Assembly: GCA_016182915.1 (NCBI GenBank)
Contig: JACPFP010000003.1
Location: forward strand, 315,685 to 379,684
Direction: 5' to 3'
Source of the DNA: Candidatus Dojkabacteria bacterium
GTDB taxonomy: Bacteria > Patescibacteriota > Dojkabacteria > SC72
Length of the DNA: 64,000 bases
Position 1 is the stretch's first letter, and every line of letters begins with the position of its first letter. The notes below the pieces were generated by a model that was given only the letters and a program-made list of their open reading frames with translations, made no database searches and was not told the DNA's origin. Both the position numbers and the translations under genes were made by a program. Shown one piece after another: positions 18,860-27,077 of the stretch.

Positions 18860-19024
18860 TCTAACTTTTTCTTTTAATTTAACTTGAAATGAATTTTGTT
18901 TATATGATTAATTGGTCTGTGGTTACAGACCTGAAGAGAACTGTGATTTTATATTTAAATCTACACGAGTCATTGGTAGATTATATAGCAAAATTCAGCT
19001 TATGGGTATATAATTTCGCATATT

Positions 19025-19555
19025 ATGGCATTACCAGGGGGAAACCCGACAGCTACAATTAATGTTGCTCCAGAGATTAGGACTGAAACCAGTCCTTTCA
19101 TGGATACGGACTTGTTTTTTAACATATTAAATGAACTTGAAGAGGGAAATTGTTCTGTAATACCCGCAACACTTGTTAGTATGCACGAAAATTCTATGAA
19201 AACCGTAGTTGGAGAAGAACACGCACACACCTCCGAGCGTTTAGATCCACACCGTTCACCCGTTGGATATATGCTATTAGAGATATTCAGGGAATTCAAA
19301 AGTGAATGCATTGCTTATTGGGGAACTTCACCATGGATAGTTACAGATAGCAAAGATTTTGAAGTTTTATCCTCTTCTATCTTATCAGAAAGTGAATTTA
19401 TGGCGGCATGCATATACTTACGAGCTAAACACAGTCAGAATACGGTGACACAAGAAAATGGGATTAGAGCTTCAAAAATTATGAATGCGGTTGAGAGACT
19501 AAGAGAGCTTGGTTATCTACAATCCCCTGTAGTTGAGAAGGGGTCTGTAAATTAG
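19025..19555 (+). CDS. Hypothetical protein (locally GC-elevated ORF)
   Basis: 176 aa ORF between two minus-strand genes; noticeably higher GC stretch around 19200-19300; no recognisable motif. Confidence 0.3.
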   Translation: MALPGGNPTATINVAPEIRTETSPFMDTDLFFNILNELEEGNCSVIPATLVSMHENSMKTVVGEEHAHTSERLDPHRSPVGYMLLEIFREFKSECIAYWGTSPWIVTDSKDFEVLSSSILSESEFMAACIYLRAKHSQNTVTQENGIRASKIMNAVERLRELGYLQSPVVEKGSVN

Positions 19556-19559
19556 CCCC

Positions 19560-20114
19560 CTACTTCAGTCCTAAATCTCCCTTTATCTCTTTCATAGCAT
19601 CAAGAACTAGTTGTATATGTTCATCGATATCCACATTTAACTCCATAGCGCCGTTAAAGATATCTTCCCTAACTACTCCTCTTGCGAAGGCCTTGTCCTT
19701 AAATCTCTTCTTGATTGATTTGAGTTCTACAGCTGAGAGTTGTTCAGGTCTAACAAGAGCAACCGCAACTATAAAGCCTGTGAGTTCGTCTGAGGCAAAT
19801 AGGGCTCTTGCCATATTGTCTTTTCTTGTACTTGAGTCATCTCTATGGGCATGTCCTTTTATAGCATCAATCATATCTTCTGTAACACCTTCCTTTCTCA
19901 AAATTTCATATCCCCATTCGGATGGGTGTTCACTTCCCATTTTCTCATAATCAAAGTCGTGTAGCAGACCAAGGGCTCCCCACTTCTCGACATCTTCATT
20001 ATACTTTTTTGCATATGCTCTCATTGCAGCTTCAACCGCAAGCATATGTTTTACTAAATTCTGATTCTTTGTATATTCGTTTACGAGTTCTAATGCTCTT
20101 TCTCTTGTAATCAT
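19560..20114 (-). CDS. HD-domain phosphohydrolase
   Basis: H...HD motif (LLHDFDY), additional His/Asp ligands (GHAHRDD). Confidence 0.65.
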   Translation of the reverse strand: MITRERALELVNEYTKNQNLVKHMLAVEAAMRAYAKKYNEDVEKWGALGLLHDFDYEKMGSEHPSEWGYEILRKEGVTEDMIDAIKGHAHRDDSSTRKDNMARALFASDELTGFIVAVALVRPEQLSAVELKSIKKRFKDKAFARGVVREDIFNGAMELNVDIDEHIQLVLDAMKEIKGDLGLK

Positions 20115-20166
20115 AATTAATAATATTGAAGTTAACTAGTATTGATTATATCACTTATATATAGAT

Positions 20167-20628
20167 TTACTTTTCATTTTTCAATAACAGATTGAAATCA
20201 AGAGAAGGTTTGTAATCAGAAATCCATGACCTTCTATCCCTTTTCTCAATCCACACAGGATTTGGTAACTTAACAACTTTTTCCAATCCAAATACAGTTA
20301 TATATCGGTTATGTCTGGTCTTTTGAAACATTCTAACTGCATGATCTTCACTTTCTAGTCCGACCTGTTCCCATATATCCAGAAGTATCTCTAATAAATC
20401 CTCTTTGCCTACCTCTATTTCATAGTACTCAACCCACTCTATTTTACCTACCCCGACAATAGGGCCTGAGGACTCTTTTATAAGGAAGGTATCTCCTGCT
20501 TTCATTTTATGAAATGGTGGAAGTCTTCGGGTTGAGAGTTTAATATCTACAGTCTTTTTTCCATTTATCATTAATCCAATATAGTCTCTTCCTCTATCTT
20601 TTCGATATATTCCTAACTGATATGACAT
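20167..20628 (-). CDS. ASCH (PUA-like) domain protein
   Basis: MINGKKTVDIKLSTRR matches the ASCH G-K-K-T-x-E/D-x-R signature. Confidence 0.45.
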   Translation of the reverse strand: MSYQLGIYRKDRGRDYIGLMINGKKTVDIKLSTRRLPPFHKMKAGDTFLIKESSGPIVGVGKIEWVEYYEIEVGKEDLLEILLDIWEQVGLESEDHAVRMFQKTRHNRYITVFGLEKVVKLPNPVWIEKRDRRSWISDYKPSLDFNLLLKNEK

Positions 20629-20652
20629 TAGAAAGTTAACCTCTAAATTAGT

Positions 20653-21459
20653 CTATCCCGCACTCGTATATCTTTTAAGAGAGTGATACCAGATTGCCTT
20701 AGCAAGGAAGAAGAACGCGAGTGAAATTACGACGGAAAGGACAGCGTATCTCCAGTCAAAGACCCCGCTTAATACCCTTGCAGGGACCGAACCTACAAAT
20801 GCAACGGGAAGGATTGTAAAGAAAACATACTTCATATTTCCCTGCCATATGTCTGAAGGAAACTTACCAACACCTGTAATCTGTTTTTTGATCTCTCTTA
20901 ATCCATTCTTCACCCTCACAAAATCAAAACTCGCAAATATCAATTCAAAACTAAACCAGATTATAAAAGCACTTAACATTGTAATTAGGAAGAGAAGAAC
21001 GAGAGAAAGTGTGAACTCCTGGTAGTGGTTAACAACATAGTATCCAATTAGTAGAACTCCGGAGATTGCAGACATTGCATCATCAACAAAAAATTCAGTG
21101 AAGGAAGCGCCAAAGATTGAAGAGACTGGCTTAAGCAGTATAAAATCGAACTCCCCTTTTAGAATTTTCTCTTCCAGTCTCCATAGGTTTATAGAGAAAA
21201 GAGACCAGCTCATATAGTTAATGGTATTAAAAATCCCTGCGAGCAGGTACATCTCATCTAAGCTCCAGCCGACAAAGGACTTAGAACCACCAATAACCGC
21301 ATTTATAAATATAACCTGAGTTACAACAAGAAACACACCTCTTAGTGATCTGGCAATAACTTCAATCCTATACGTTCCAGCTTTACTCAAGCTCTGCTTA
21401 AATATAGTTATCCAGATTGTACGGTAGTATTTGAATATACTAAATTCCTTCTGCTTCAT
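20653..21459 (-). CDS. ABC-2 family transporter permease (6 TM)
   Basis: About 265 aa, six hydrophobic helices, ABC-2/DUF990-like N-terminus; paired with paralogous permease. Confidence 0.55.
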   Translation of the reverse strand: MKQKEFSIFKYYRTIWITIFKQSLSKAGTYRIEVIARSLRGVFLVVTQVIFINAVIGGSKSFVGWSLDEMYLLAGIFNTINYMSWSLFSINLWRLEEKILKGEFDFILLKPVSSIFGASFTEFFVDDAMSAISGVLLIGYYVVNHYQEFTLSLVLLFLITMLSAFIIWFSFELIFASFDFVRVKNGLREIKKQITGVGKFPSDIWQGNMKYVFFTILPVAFVGSVPARVLSGVFDWRYAVLSVVISLAFFFLAKAIWYHSLKRYTSAG

Positions 21460-22258
21460 ATTTCTTCAATGCTAATCTATATAGTAATTTGTAGAAGATT
21501 GTAAGGGAGATAATCCAAAAAAGTGCAATGTAGAAGCCCTGGATAATTTCAAATTGGAATAGTTGGTTTGTTAGTATCTCAACTGGGAAGGAAAGAGTAT
21601 ATCTAAATGGCAGAACCTTAACTAAAATTACAGCCCATATAGGCATTACCATAATTGGTATGACCTCTCCTGAAAGGAAGGTAACTGTATTCTCATAAAA
21701 CGATCTAATCCCAAGAATCTGCTTTATGAAAAAAGCTATCAATGCAAAGGTGTTGCCAAGAAGGAAGTTAATTATAAAGCCAATAACAACGGCGGAAAGT
21801 GCGTAAAAAAGATTAAGGGATGAGGTATTAATAATAATCATATCCTTAAAAAATATGTATGTTACGACTAGAAAAGGAATCAAGATTATAAGTCGGAGGA
21901 ATTTTGATGCCATACTAATACCTAAAGCTTCTGAGAGGTAGTTGAACGGTTTAACTAGATACTTGGAGAATTCTCCATACATAATCTTGTTTGAAATATA
22001 CTGATCAGAGAAGTCCTTCGTAAACTTACTTACAATTGCAATTAAGAAGAAATATGTGACCATCTGTTCAACCGACAGTGCATTAGAACCGTTCCTTGCC
22101 ACATTCGCCCAAAGGACGGCAAGTATAAAAGGTTGAAATATATCTGCAAGAATCCAAGCTAGAATCTGATTTCTATACGTGAGTTCGGTGCTTAAAAAGA
22201 GTCTGAAGGTGGTAAAAGTTACTTTTATAAATTGTTTAGGATTTTGTACTAGCATCAT
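21440..22258 (-). CDS. ABC-2 family transporter permease (6 TM), paralog of downstream gene
   Basis: About 270 aa, six hydrophobic helices; overlaps next gene by 20 nt. Confidence 0.55.
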   Translation of the reverse strand: MMLVQNPKQFIKVTFTTFRLFLSTELTYRNQILAWILADIFQPFILAVLWANVARNGSNALSVEQMVTYFFLIAIVSKFTKDFSDQYISNKIMYGEFSKYLVKPFNYLSEALGISMASKFLRLIILIPFLVVTYIFFKDMIIINTSSLNLFYALSAVVIGFIINFLLGNTFALIAFFIKQILGIRSFYENTVTFLSGEVIPIMVMPIWAVILVKVLPFRYTLSFPVEILTNQLFQFEIIQGFYIALFWIISLTIFYKLLYRLALKKYEAEGI

Positions 22259-23129
22259 TTATTACATCATCAATAGTTTTTTCAGGGTAGAGGTATGTCT
22301 TTATCCCCACCTTTTCAGCAGCTCTTATATTTTTCTCTTCATCATCAAGATAGTATACCTGATTTGGTTCAACTATGAATTGATCCATAACTTTATTGAA
22401 GAATTTAGGATCTTTTTTAAGAAATCTCAGCTGACTTGAGAAGAAGTATTTAGTAATACCTGTCTTTTCTGTAAGGAACTTTTCTAAGTATTCCGCTCTA
22501 TACTTCTCTTGGTTACTACATATGCATACCTGAAAGATATTTCTATCTAAGTCTTTGACTCTATTCACAACCGAATCGTTAATTGAGAGATCCTCCTCAA
22601 TCCAGTATTTAACAAGTTCATCAACTGAACCCTGCCATCTCCAAAGTTTAAGGACCTTCTTAAGAACTTTTTTTAGATCCTTCTTTCCAACTAAACATTC
22701 AGAGAAGTCTCCTTTAAAGAATGGAAGCATATCTTCAACGTCAACCCCAATTCTTTCAGAGTATCTCTCACTGAAAAGTTTTTCCTCATTGAGAACAACT
22801 CCGTCCAAGTCTAAAAGGATTATTCTAATGTGAGCGTTTTTCTTTTTAAGAGTTTCGAAGCGTTCACTCTCGAGTTCCTTTAATTTCCACATGAATATCT
22901 TCTCTCTGTTCTTTGCACTTGGATAGTCAATAGCAAAGCTGAATGCCTGCTCTAAAAGTGCCCTTGGCTTATTCTTAGCTAACTTAATATACATAGAAAC
23001 CCTATTTATTCCTCCAAGTTTCTGCGCTAGTCTATAACCGTAATCCTGAAACTCCTGTGATACATATTTATGTCGTTCAATAATATCCTTCTGTATATTA
23101 CTTTTAAGTATCTCTTGTATGCTTTGCAT
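22236..23129 (-). CDS. HAD-superfamily hydrolase with about 110 aa N-terminal domain of unknown function
   Basis: HAD motif I ILLDLDGVVLN, motif IV-like YLDDEEKN. Confidence 0.6.
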   Translation of the reverse strand: MQSIQEILKSNIQKDIIERHKYVSQEFQDYGYRLAQKLGGINRVSMYIKLAKNKPRALLEQAFSFAIDYPSAKNREKIFMWKLKELESERFETLKKKNAHIRIILLDLDGVVLNEEKLFSERYSERIGVDVEDMLPFFKGDFSECLVGKKDLKKVLKKVLKLWRWQGSVDELVKYWIEEDLSINDSVVNRVKDLDRNIFQVCICSNQEKYRAEYLEKFLTEKTGITKYFFSSQLRFLKKDPKFFNKVMDQFIVEPNQVYYLDDEEKNIRAAEKVGIKTYLYPEKTIDDVINDASTKS

Positions 23130-23165
23130 AACTGCAATTCTACAGGTATTTCAGTCCAAATTAAA

Positions 23166-25172
23166 CTACTTGTATAGACTGAACTTTCCTGTTGTTTCTT
23201 TAATTGTTTCTACATCGGCAAAGATCCCAAGACCTAGAATTTCAGAGTCCTTAAAAAGCATCTTAGCCGTTGTTTTAGAGATATCTGCATCGTTTTTAAT
23301 CTCCAGCATCTCTTTTGTATAGACTAGGTATTTGACCTCTTTCATCTCCTTTACTTTTTCGAATAGGGTATGGAGCTGGGCTTCATTTGCACTTAATGCA
23401 ACGATCGGATACTGGGAATTAGCAGGAATTTGGACACCATCTGAGAACTCGAAACTGTCAGTACTTGCAAACTGATCTTGATCAATTTGATTTCCCAGGG
23501 TAGCGCAGATATGTCCAACTGTATTGGTTACCTTCCAACCCTCCAGTGCGTTATTTAATACCACCACCATTTTCTTGGATGTATCCTGGACCTTATTTGT
23601 TTTCTGTTTCCCAATCAATTTCTCATTTCCTTCCAAGGCGTCTGTTCCATATATCTCCTTTTGGAGTTTTGTAACAGGAGCCGGTCTCATGAGCGGGAAG
23701 AAGATTACATCGTCAATGTACTCAGATTCTGTAAACAGCATCTGGAATCGTTCAATGCCTGGTCCTAAGCCCGTTGTAGGTGGCATACCATACTCCATTG
23801 TTTCAATGAACTCAATGTCCATTGGATGTGCGACATCGTTTTCACTAATTTTCTTTCCAAGGCTCTGGGCTTTGAATCTCTCAAAGAGTTCAACAGGATT
23901 ATTCAGCTCACTCCAATTGTCTCCTTGCTCAATACCGCCTATAAAGAGTTCAAACCTTTCTACATATTTAGGATTATCAGCCATCCTCTTCGCAAGTGGG
24001 GATATCTCTACGGGATGTCCGAATATTATCGTTGGTTGAATTAGTTGCTCTTCAACTTTCTCCTCAAATACAACTTTCATGCTCTCTCCAACATTATCTG
24101 GCTTTATACCTTCATACCCGATCTCGTCCAGTACTTTATGAGCTTCAGGGAGGGTATTTATTTTGTAGAAATCTATTCCTGCATACTTTTTAACAGCGTC
24201 AATCATCATGATTCTCTCCCATTTACCCATGAGATTGATTTCATGCCCACCAACCTTATACACATTCTTATTCATTACACTCTTTGCAATATGCTTGTAT
24301 AGATCTTCCGTGAGGTCCATGTTGTACTCATAGTTCTTGTACGCAGTCATTGTCTCAAGCATTTGGAATTCAGGATTATGTGTACGGTCTATACCTTCAT
24401 TTCTAAAGTATCCTGTCATATTGTATACGTTCTCGAAACCTGCTGTGATGAGTCTTTTAAGATATAGCTCATGTGCAATTGCAAGATAGAAGTCTGTACC
24501 AAGGGCATTCATATATGTACTAAACGGTCTTGCATTTGTTCCTCCGTAGAGAGGTTGTATCACTGGAGTTTTTATTTCAAGGAACCCTTTACTATTTAAG
24601 AACTCCCTAATCGCGAACAGTATTCTTGCTGAGTCTACAAACTTCCCCTTTTTGCTTGGGTCCATGATTAGGTCAAGATATCTCTGTCTGAACTTTGCCT
24701 CTTTGTCTTGAAGTCCCGCCCATTTATCTGGAAGAGGTCTAATTGATTTTGTAAGCATACGAAGGGTAACGGGCTGAACGGAGACCTCACCTCTCTGTGT
24801 TTTGGTAACGATACCTGTGGCTTCAACAATATCTCCAAGATCAAAGAGTTCGAGATCTGCAAATCCAATTGTTTGGCCTTTGACATCGGTTGGAGCTAAT
24901 ACATCGTCCTTAATGTATAGTTGAAGCTTTTCGGTTGGATCCTGAATATGTCCGAATACAATATGCCCGTGTTCACGAAAAGACATTAACCTCCCCGCAA
25001 CGGTAACACTCTGTCCTTCATACTTAGAGTAGTTTTGAATAATCTCTGCATTGGAAACTGATCTCAAGCTTCTTGATGGGTATGCATCAATTCCCATTGC
25101 TTTCATCTTCTCAACCTTCTCTATCCTGACATTTCTCTGTCCAATTAAGTCACTTCTCTGTGTGTTATCCAT
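23166..25172 (-). CDS. lysS: Lysyl-tRNA synthetase (class II) with C-terminal PTH2 (peptidyl-tRNA hydrolase 2)/DUF2000-like extension
   Basis: N-terminal OB anticodon-binding domain, class II motifs (GGTNARPF, GIERFQMLF...FFPLMRP); about 170 aa C-terminal extension with KMVVVLNNALEGWKVTNTVGHICATLG ... PIVALSANEAQLHTLFEKVKE ... ILGLGIFADVETIKETTGKFSLYK matching PTH2 signature blocks. Confidence 0.9.
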   Translation of the reverse strand: MDNTQRSDLIGQRNVRIEKVEKMKAMGIDAYPSRSLRSVSNAEIIQNYSKYEGQSVTVAGRLMSFREHGHIVFGHIQDPTEKLQLYIKDDVLAPTDVKGQTIGFADLELFDLGDIVEATGIVTKTQRGEVSVQPVTLRMLTKSIRPLPDKWAGLQDKEAKFRQRYLDLIMDPSKKGKFVDSARILFAIREFLNSKGFLEIKTPVIQPLYGGTNARPFSTYMNALGTDFYLAIAHELYLKRLITAGFENVYNMTGYFRNEGIDRTHNPEFQMLETMTAYKNYEYNMDLTEDLYKHIAKSVMNKNVYKVGGHEINLMGKWERIMMIDAVKKYAGIDFYKINTLPEAHKVLDEIGYEGIKPDNVGESMKVVFEEKVEEQLIQPTIIFGHPVEISPLAKRMADNPKYVERFELFIGGIEQGDNWSELNNPVELFERFKAQSLGKKISENDVAHPMDIEFIETMEYGMPPTTGLGPGIERFQMLFTESEYIDDVIFFPLMRPAPVTKLQKEIYGTDALEGNEKLIGKQKTNKVQDTSKKMVVVLNNALEGWKVTNTVGHICATLGNQIDQDQFASTDSFEFSDGVQIPANSQYPIVALSANEAQLHTLFEKVKEMKEVKYLVYTKEMLEIKNDADISKTTAKMLFKDSEILGLGIFADVETIKETTGKFSLYK

Positions 25173-25195
25173 ATTGATATAATATTATTTTAAAT

Positions 25196-25458
25196 ACAAA
25201 AACGCCCCTCATAAATATCCGTAAGTAGATACTTATGAAGGGTGTTATTAACACGGTACCACCTTCTTTCTCCAAACTATTTCATAGTTCAGACTCGATT
25301 AGGCTAATTCCGTTAGCTACTCGTTGGATTCTACTCTCTAATATCACTACTAGATTTCTTTCCACCACTTAGAGGTCTTAAACATCTTTTTAGAACTACC
25401 CTTTCTCACTGTACAGGGCTCACTTAAGTACATAGAAGTGTTTTCCTCGTCACTGTGT
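25196..25458 (-). promoter_or_regulatory. T-box riboswitch leader upstream of lysS (promoter, Stem I region, T-box sequence, terminator/antiterminator)
   Basis: Minus-strand extended -10 TGTGATATAAT (25465-25475); T-box consensus-like GAAGGUGGUACCGUG (25252-25266) immediately 5' of a 10-bp terminator hairpin CCCUUCAUAA...UUAUGAGGGG followed by CGUUUUU (25196-25242), about 25 nt upstream of lysS AUG. Confidence 0.65.
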
Positions 25459-25491
25459 TGGCTGATTATATCACAAATTACAATCCGACCT

Positions 25492-26472
25492 CTACTTTGC
25501 AATTATCTCCAGATTTCCAGCACCAAGATCTGCTTTTATTACAAACTGTGGATTGCCTGCTTTAGATCGATATGTTCCCTTTGAACCTAATCCACCATAC
25601 GACTGGGATCCCGCATCAGTAGTTACTACAAATTCACCAACCCCAACATTATATTCCACTTCAAAACTCACCTCTTTTGGTATTGTGATTGTCATCTTAC
25701 CAGCTCCTACATTTACATCTATTGGACAAACTATCTCATCGCCAAGATCAAGAGTTACTTCCCCAGCTCCAACATTCAAAGATATCGCCTCAATCAGTTT
25801 GCTGTTTAAAACGATATCTCCCTGTCCAGCTCCTAATTTCACATCATAACTACTAACTACATCTCCAAGCGTTGTAAAATCGAACTGGTTCTTGAAGTCA
25901 TAGAAGGGAAACATTCTTGAATATCTCTGCTTGCTCTGAGTGAAATCAATATTTAGAATCCCTTCCACCTGCTGTGCCTGCACCTCTGGTCTAAGAACAG
26001 CCTCAGGATATGCTCCTGTAACAAGGAGATACTCCTTCGATCCGGTATCGTCTATTGAAAACTTTGAGGCCCCAATATCAAAGGAATATTCAACTTTCTC
26101 AACTCCAACATAGCCAGAAGAACTGACATCAAAATCGTTGTTGATCTCCTTTACAATTACATTCCTCTGATCCTCAACCCATGTATAGAAGCTACCTTGT
26201 TTCTGCCAACTTCCTCCTACAACCAACATATATATAATTAACAGATCAACGAGTATATCTAAAAGAAGATTAAGTACCTTACCAAATGGAAATACTCCAC
26301 AGAGAATCTTAATTCCCCAAAGTACGATTAGAAGGGGCCAGAAGGTGGCAAAGAGTCTAAAAATATCTCCAAATGTGAAATAGTCAAAGTTTATGAGAAG
26401 AAAGAGTGTACCGATGAAGATGAGAGATATTGCACTTGAGATTCTTTCTAGCCCTTTACTATTTTTCTCCAT
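25492..26472 (-). CDS. LiaF-like membrane protein with C-terminal DUF4097/adhesin-like beta-repeat domain
   Basis: N-terminal TMs then repeated (L/V)G(A/V)G-x-h-T/E strands (LGAGQGDIVL, VGAGEVTLDL, VGAGKMTITI, VGVGEFVVTT, LGAGNLEIIA). Confidence 0.5.
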   Translation of the reverse strand: MEKNSKGLERISSAISLIFIGTLFLLINFDYFTFGDIFRLFATFWPLLIVLWGIKILCGVFPFGKVLNLLLDILVDLLIIYMLVVGGSWQKQGSFYTWVEDQRNVIVKEINNDFDVSSSGYVGVEKVEYSFDIGASKFSIDDTGSKEYLLVTGAYPEAVLRPEVQAQQVEGILNIDFTQSKQRYSRMFPFYDFKNQFDFTTLGDVVSSYDVKLGAGQGDIVLNSKLIEAISLNVGAGEVTLDLGDEIVCPIDVNVGAGKMTITIPKEVSFEVEYNVGVGEFVVTTDAGSQSYGGLGSKGTYRSKAGNPQFVIKADLGAGNLEIIAK

Positions 26473-26962
26473 CTTTATTTTTTACTAAAATTACGATTCC
26501 AAGTGTTATAACGATGAGAGGCCAGAGTTTTCCCAAATACCAGCCTAAATCAAAGAATCTTGTTAAACCGAAATTTGCAAAGGTAAGGTATGTACCGAAA
26601 AGAACAATGAAGATTCCAAACCAAACCCTTGAGTTACTTCTCTTAGCTATATCTTCTACCCCATTCGCCATACTCTTCATCTTGCTCTCTATCTCCTTGC
26701 TGTTTTTCTTCACAACGTTTTCAGTTGTAGTATCTTTTGCTCCTTCTTCAGGTATTACAACCCAAAGGATAAAATAGGCCAGAATCCCAACTCCTCCTGA
26801 GAGAACAATCAGAACAAATAGCAGTCTGATTATAGTTGAATCAACATTGAAATATTCTCCGAGTCCACCACATACTCCACCTATGACTCTGTCCGTTTTA
26901 GATCGGTATAGTGATTTAGTTTGAGAGACTTTGGAAGGTGTGCTTCCCTTTGTATTGGCCAT
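26459..26962 (-). CDS. PspC-domain (phage shock protein C-like) membrane protein
   Basis: RSKTDRVIGGVCGGLGEYFNVDSTIIRLLFVL PspC motif followed by TM helices. Confidence 0.7.
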   Translation of the reverse strand: MANTKGSTPSKVSQTKSLYRSKTDRVIGGVCGGLGEYFNVDSTIIRLLFVLIVLSGGVGILAYFILWVVIPEEGAKDTTTENVVKKNSKEIESKMKSMANGVEDIAKRSNSRVWFGIFIVLFGTYLTFANFGLTRFFDLGWYLGKLWPLIVITLGIVILVKNKDGEK

Positions 26963-27077
26963 TCTTTAACAGTAACAATTTACATACGATTATATTCCTT
27001 CATAAATGGCGTGTAAACATCATTGAAAAAACAGCATAACTTAGATATACTTTCTCAATTAAATAATCCTTTTCCAA

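Noticed and set aside
19000-19311. 103-aa minus-strand ORF overlapping the 19025-19555 + strand ORF
   Set aside because: It is shorter than and fully nested within the longer + strand ORF, with no motif; at most one of the two can be real, and the longer one was kept at low confidence.
18900-19560. Possible tmRNA or other structured RNA in the GC-elevated interval
   Set aside because: No tRNA-like 3' end (GGUUCGAnUCC...CCACCA) or tmRNA 5' consensus was found on either strand; no tag-peptide-like reading frame ending in ALAA/AFAA.
26430-26777. 115-aa + strand ORF
   Set aside because: Fully antisense to the PspC-domain gene, which has a clear conserved motif; hydrophobic low-complexity translation typical of antisense of a membrane-protein gene.
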